Below are positions 62,104 to 64,000 of a stretch of DNA of 64,000 bases, piece by piece. Below the pieces are notes generated by a model, which saw nothing but the letters and a program-made list of their open reading frames with translations, was not told the origin of the DNA and ran no database searches. Source of the stretch: an uncultured delta proteobacterium. GTDB taxonomy: Bacteria > Myxococcota_A > Polyangia > Fen-1088. Position 1 is the first letter of the stretch, and every line of letters begins with the position of its first letter. The translations under genes were made by a program, and so were the position numbers. The stretch spans positions 864,001 to 928,000 of the forward strand of contig CAVYGB010000002.1 in the NCBI GenBank assembly GCA_963767925.1, written 5' to 3'.

Positions 62104-62213
62104 GGCGAGGAGATATTGTACTACCCCTGTCGCGCGTTGCGCGGGGGCCCGCGTCACATCCTCGACTTGGCCTGTTCACCCGCCACGCGGATGTGATACG
62201 GTGACGCGCCAAT

Positions 62214-63470
62214 ATGTCGAATTTCAAGATCGCCGACTCCAAGCTGGCCGACGCGGGCCGGTTGAAGATCGAATGGGCCGAGAGCCGTATGCCGGTGCTG
62301 ACCAGCCTGCGGGAGAAGGGGAAAAAGGACCTGCCCCTCAAGGGGATGAAGGTCGCGGGGTGCCTCCACGTCACCAAGGAGACCGCCGTGCTGATCCGGA
62401 CCATCCGGGCAGCGGGCGCCGAGGTCTCCTGGTCGGGTTGCAACCCGCTGTCAACCCAGGATGACGTCGCCGCCGCCCTGGCCACCGAGGGGACCTCGAT
62501 CTACGCGTGGCACGGCCTGTCGCGCGACGAGTTCTACTGGTGCATCGACAAGACCCTGGAGATGAAGCCGACGTTGACCCTCGACGACGGCGCCGACCTG
62601 ATCTTCGTGGTCCACGACCGCCACAAGGAGCTGGCCTCGGGCGTGATCGGCGGGACCGAGGAGACCACCACCGGCGTGCACCGCCTGCGCTCGATGGCCA
62701 AGGCCGGCAAGCTGCTCTACCCGATCATCGCGGTCAACGACAGCGAGACCAAGTGGGACTTCGACAACGTCTACGGCACCGGGCAGTCGTCGCTCGACGG
62801 CATCCTCCGCGCCAGCTCGGTGCTGCTGGCGGGCAAGACCTTCGTTGTCGCCGGCTACGGGCACTGCGGCCGGGGCGTCGCCACCCGCGCGCGCGGCATG
62901 GGCGCCAACGTCATCGTCACCGAGATCAAGCCGACCGCCGCCCTCAAGGCGACGCTGGACGGCTTCCGGGTCATGAAGATGGACGACGCCGCCAAGCTGG
63001 GTGACATCTTCATCACCGCCACCGGCATGAAGGACATCATCGTGGGCCGCCACTTCGACTCGATGAAGGATGGCGCCCTGGTGTGCAACACCGGCCACTA
63101 CGACTGTGAGATCAACCTGGTCGACCTGGAGGCCCGGGCCAAGGCCCGCCGGGAGATCCGCAGCGCCAACGAGGAGTACACCCTCAAGGACGGCCGCCGG
63201 GTCTACGTGCTGGCCCAGGGCCGCCTGGTTAACCTCGCCGCCGCCGAGGGCCACCCCTCGGAGGTCATGGACATGTCGTTCGCCAACCAGTACCTGGCGC
63301 TGTGCAAGCTGGCCAAGGACGGCAAGTCCATGAAGCCCGGCGTCTACGAGCTCCCCCCCGAGCAGGACCAGGAGCTCGCCCGCATCAAGCTGACCACCCA
63401 GGGCCTCAGCATCGACGAGCTGACCAAGGAACAGATCTCCTACCACGACGACTACGCCGCCGGGACCTGA
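62214..63470 (+). CDS. ahcY: Adenosylhomocysteinase
   Basis: GCLHVTKETAVL, CNPLSTQD, EETTTG, FDNVYGTGQS, GRLVNL...EGHPSEVMDMSF. Confidence 0.97.
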   Translation: MSNFKIADSKLADAGRLKIEWAESRMPVLTSLREKGKKDLPLKGMKVAGCLHVTKETAVLIRTIRAAGAEVSWSGCNPLSTQDDVAAALATEGTSIYAWHGLSRDEFYWCIDKTLEMKPTLTLDDGADLIFVVHDRHKELASGVIGGTEETTTGVHRLRSMAKAGKLLYPIIAVNDSETKWDFDNVYGTGQSSLDGILRASSVLLAGKTFVVAGYGHCGRGVATRARGMGANVIVTEIKPTAALKATLDGFRVMKMDDAAKLGDIFITATGMKDIIVGRHFDSMKDGALVCNTGHYDCEINLVDLEARAKARREIRSANEEYTLKDGRRVYVLAQGRLVNLAAAEGHPSEVMDMSFANQYLALCKLAKDGKSMKPGVYELPPEQDQELARIKLTTQGLSIDELTKEQISYHDDYAAGT

Positions 63471-63750
63471 TCGAGGAAGACGTTCGCCGCCGCCGCGTCC
63501 AGCGGCGGCTGCTTCGAAACGGCGCGGGCGCGGAAGACGCGGTCGCGCCGTTTTTGCATCGCCGGCGGGCTACGGACGCTGGAGCGGCTGGGGCGGCGGA
63601 AGCTGCCGCATCATCGACGAACAGCTCGCCCGGTAGCCCCGGAGGGCGACCGCCGCTCGCGGCGGCGACATGGACCCGGGGAGGCGGCCACAACTCGAAG
63701 ACAGCCCGGCCGCTCCCCCGGATGGTTTCAGACGTTACGCGAGCCCGGGA

Positions 63751-64000
63751 TCAGTGGGTCTCGCGACCGCCGAGGGTGCCGTCGGGCTCGGGGGGCTCGG
63801 GGTCCTCCAGGCCGAGGACCGTGTCGAGCAGGGCCTTGCGGGCCGGGAGGAACACGTTGACCAGGGCGGGGGACAGGACGAAGCGGACCTGCCCGTCGAC
63901 GGTCTCGGTCTGGCTCTCGGTGACGTGGGTGAAGCCCAGCGACGCGGGCCAGGTGATGCCGCCGCCGAGGTCGAGGTTGTTGTTGAAGCGGTGGCAGCCG
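63751..64000 (-). CDS. 3' end of a hypothetical protein (possible CxxCH at the window edge)
   Basis: GCHRFNNNLDLGGGITWPASLGFTHV...SPALVNVFLPARK...ETH*; GC3-rich codons. Confidence 0.6.
   Translation of the reverse strand, partial: GCHRFNNNLDLGGGITWPASLGFTHVTESQTETVDGQVRFVLSPALVNVFLPARKALLDTVLGLEDPEPPEPDGTLGGRETH

Overview
Very GC-rich bacterial chromosomal segment. MYXO-CTERM proteins, a PEGA/TPR plus Ser/Thr kinase pair, a DUF1552/DUF1592 pair and vWA lipoproteins point to Myxococcota (inferred from gene content). Core functions: a sigma54-controlled MacAB-type ABC exporter operon with its two-component system, a large-type isocitrate lyase (aceA), ppa, two close dacB paralogs in inverted orientation, metK and ahcY. 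Accessory patches: (i) 14.0-16.9 kb, with a truncated gene, a deleted IS5/IS1031-type element with intact ends and TAA duplication, a 22-G tract and a three-gene MqsR-like toxin / MqsA-like antitoxin / WDPIG-protein operon with a palindromic operator; (ii) 28.2-32.3 kb, with a receiver-less RegA-like HTH gene, a repeat- and palindrome-rich non-coding stretch and a lower-GC ABC-ATPase + DUF4276/TOPRIM-like candidate defence pair; (iii) 55.5-57.2 kb, a mosaic of gene fragments, REP-like elements and a 68-bp tandem repeat of the metK 3' end. Two tandem prepilin genes each keep a sigma54 promoter almost on the start codon and a shared 38-bp upstream element. Many genes, including metK, carry single-base frameshifts that are probably sequencing or assembly indels, so pseudogene calls are uncertain. 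I recognised no rRNA, tRNA or CRISPR array. All family names come from motifs read by eye, not from database searches.
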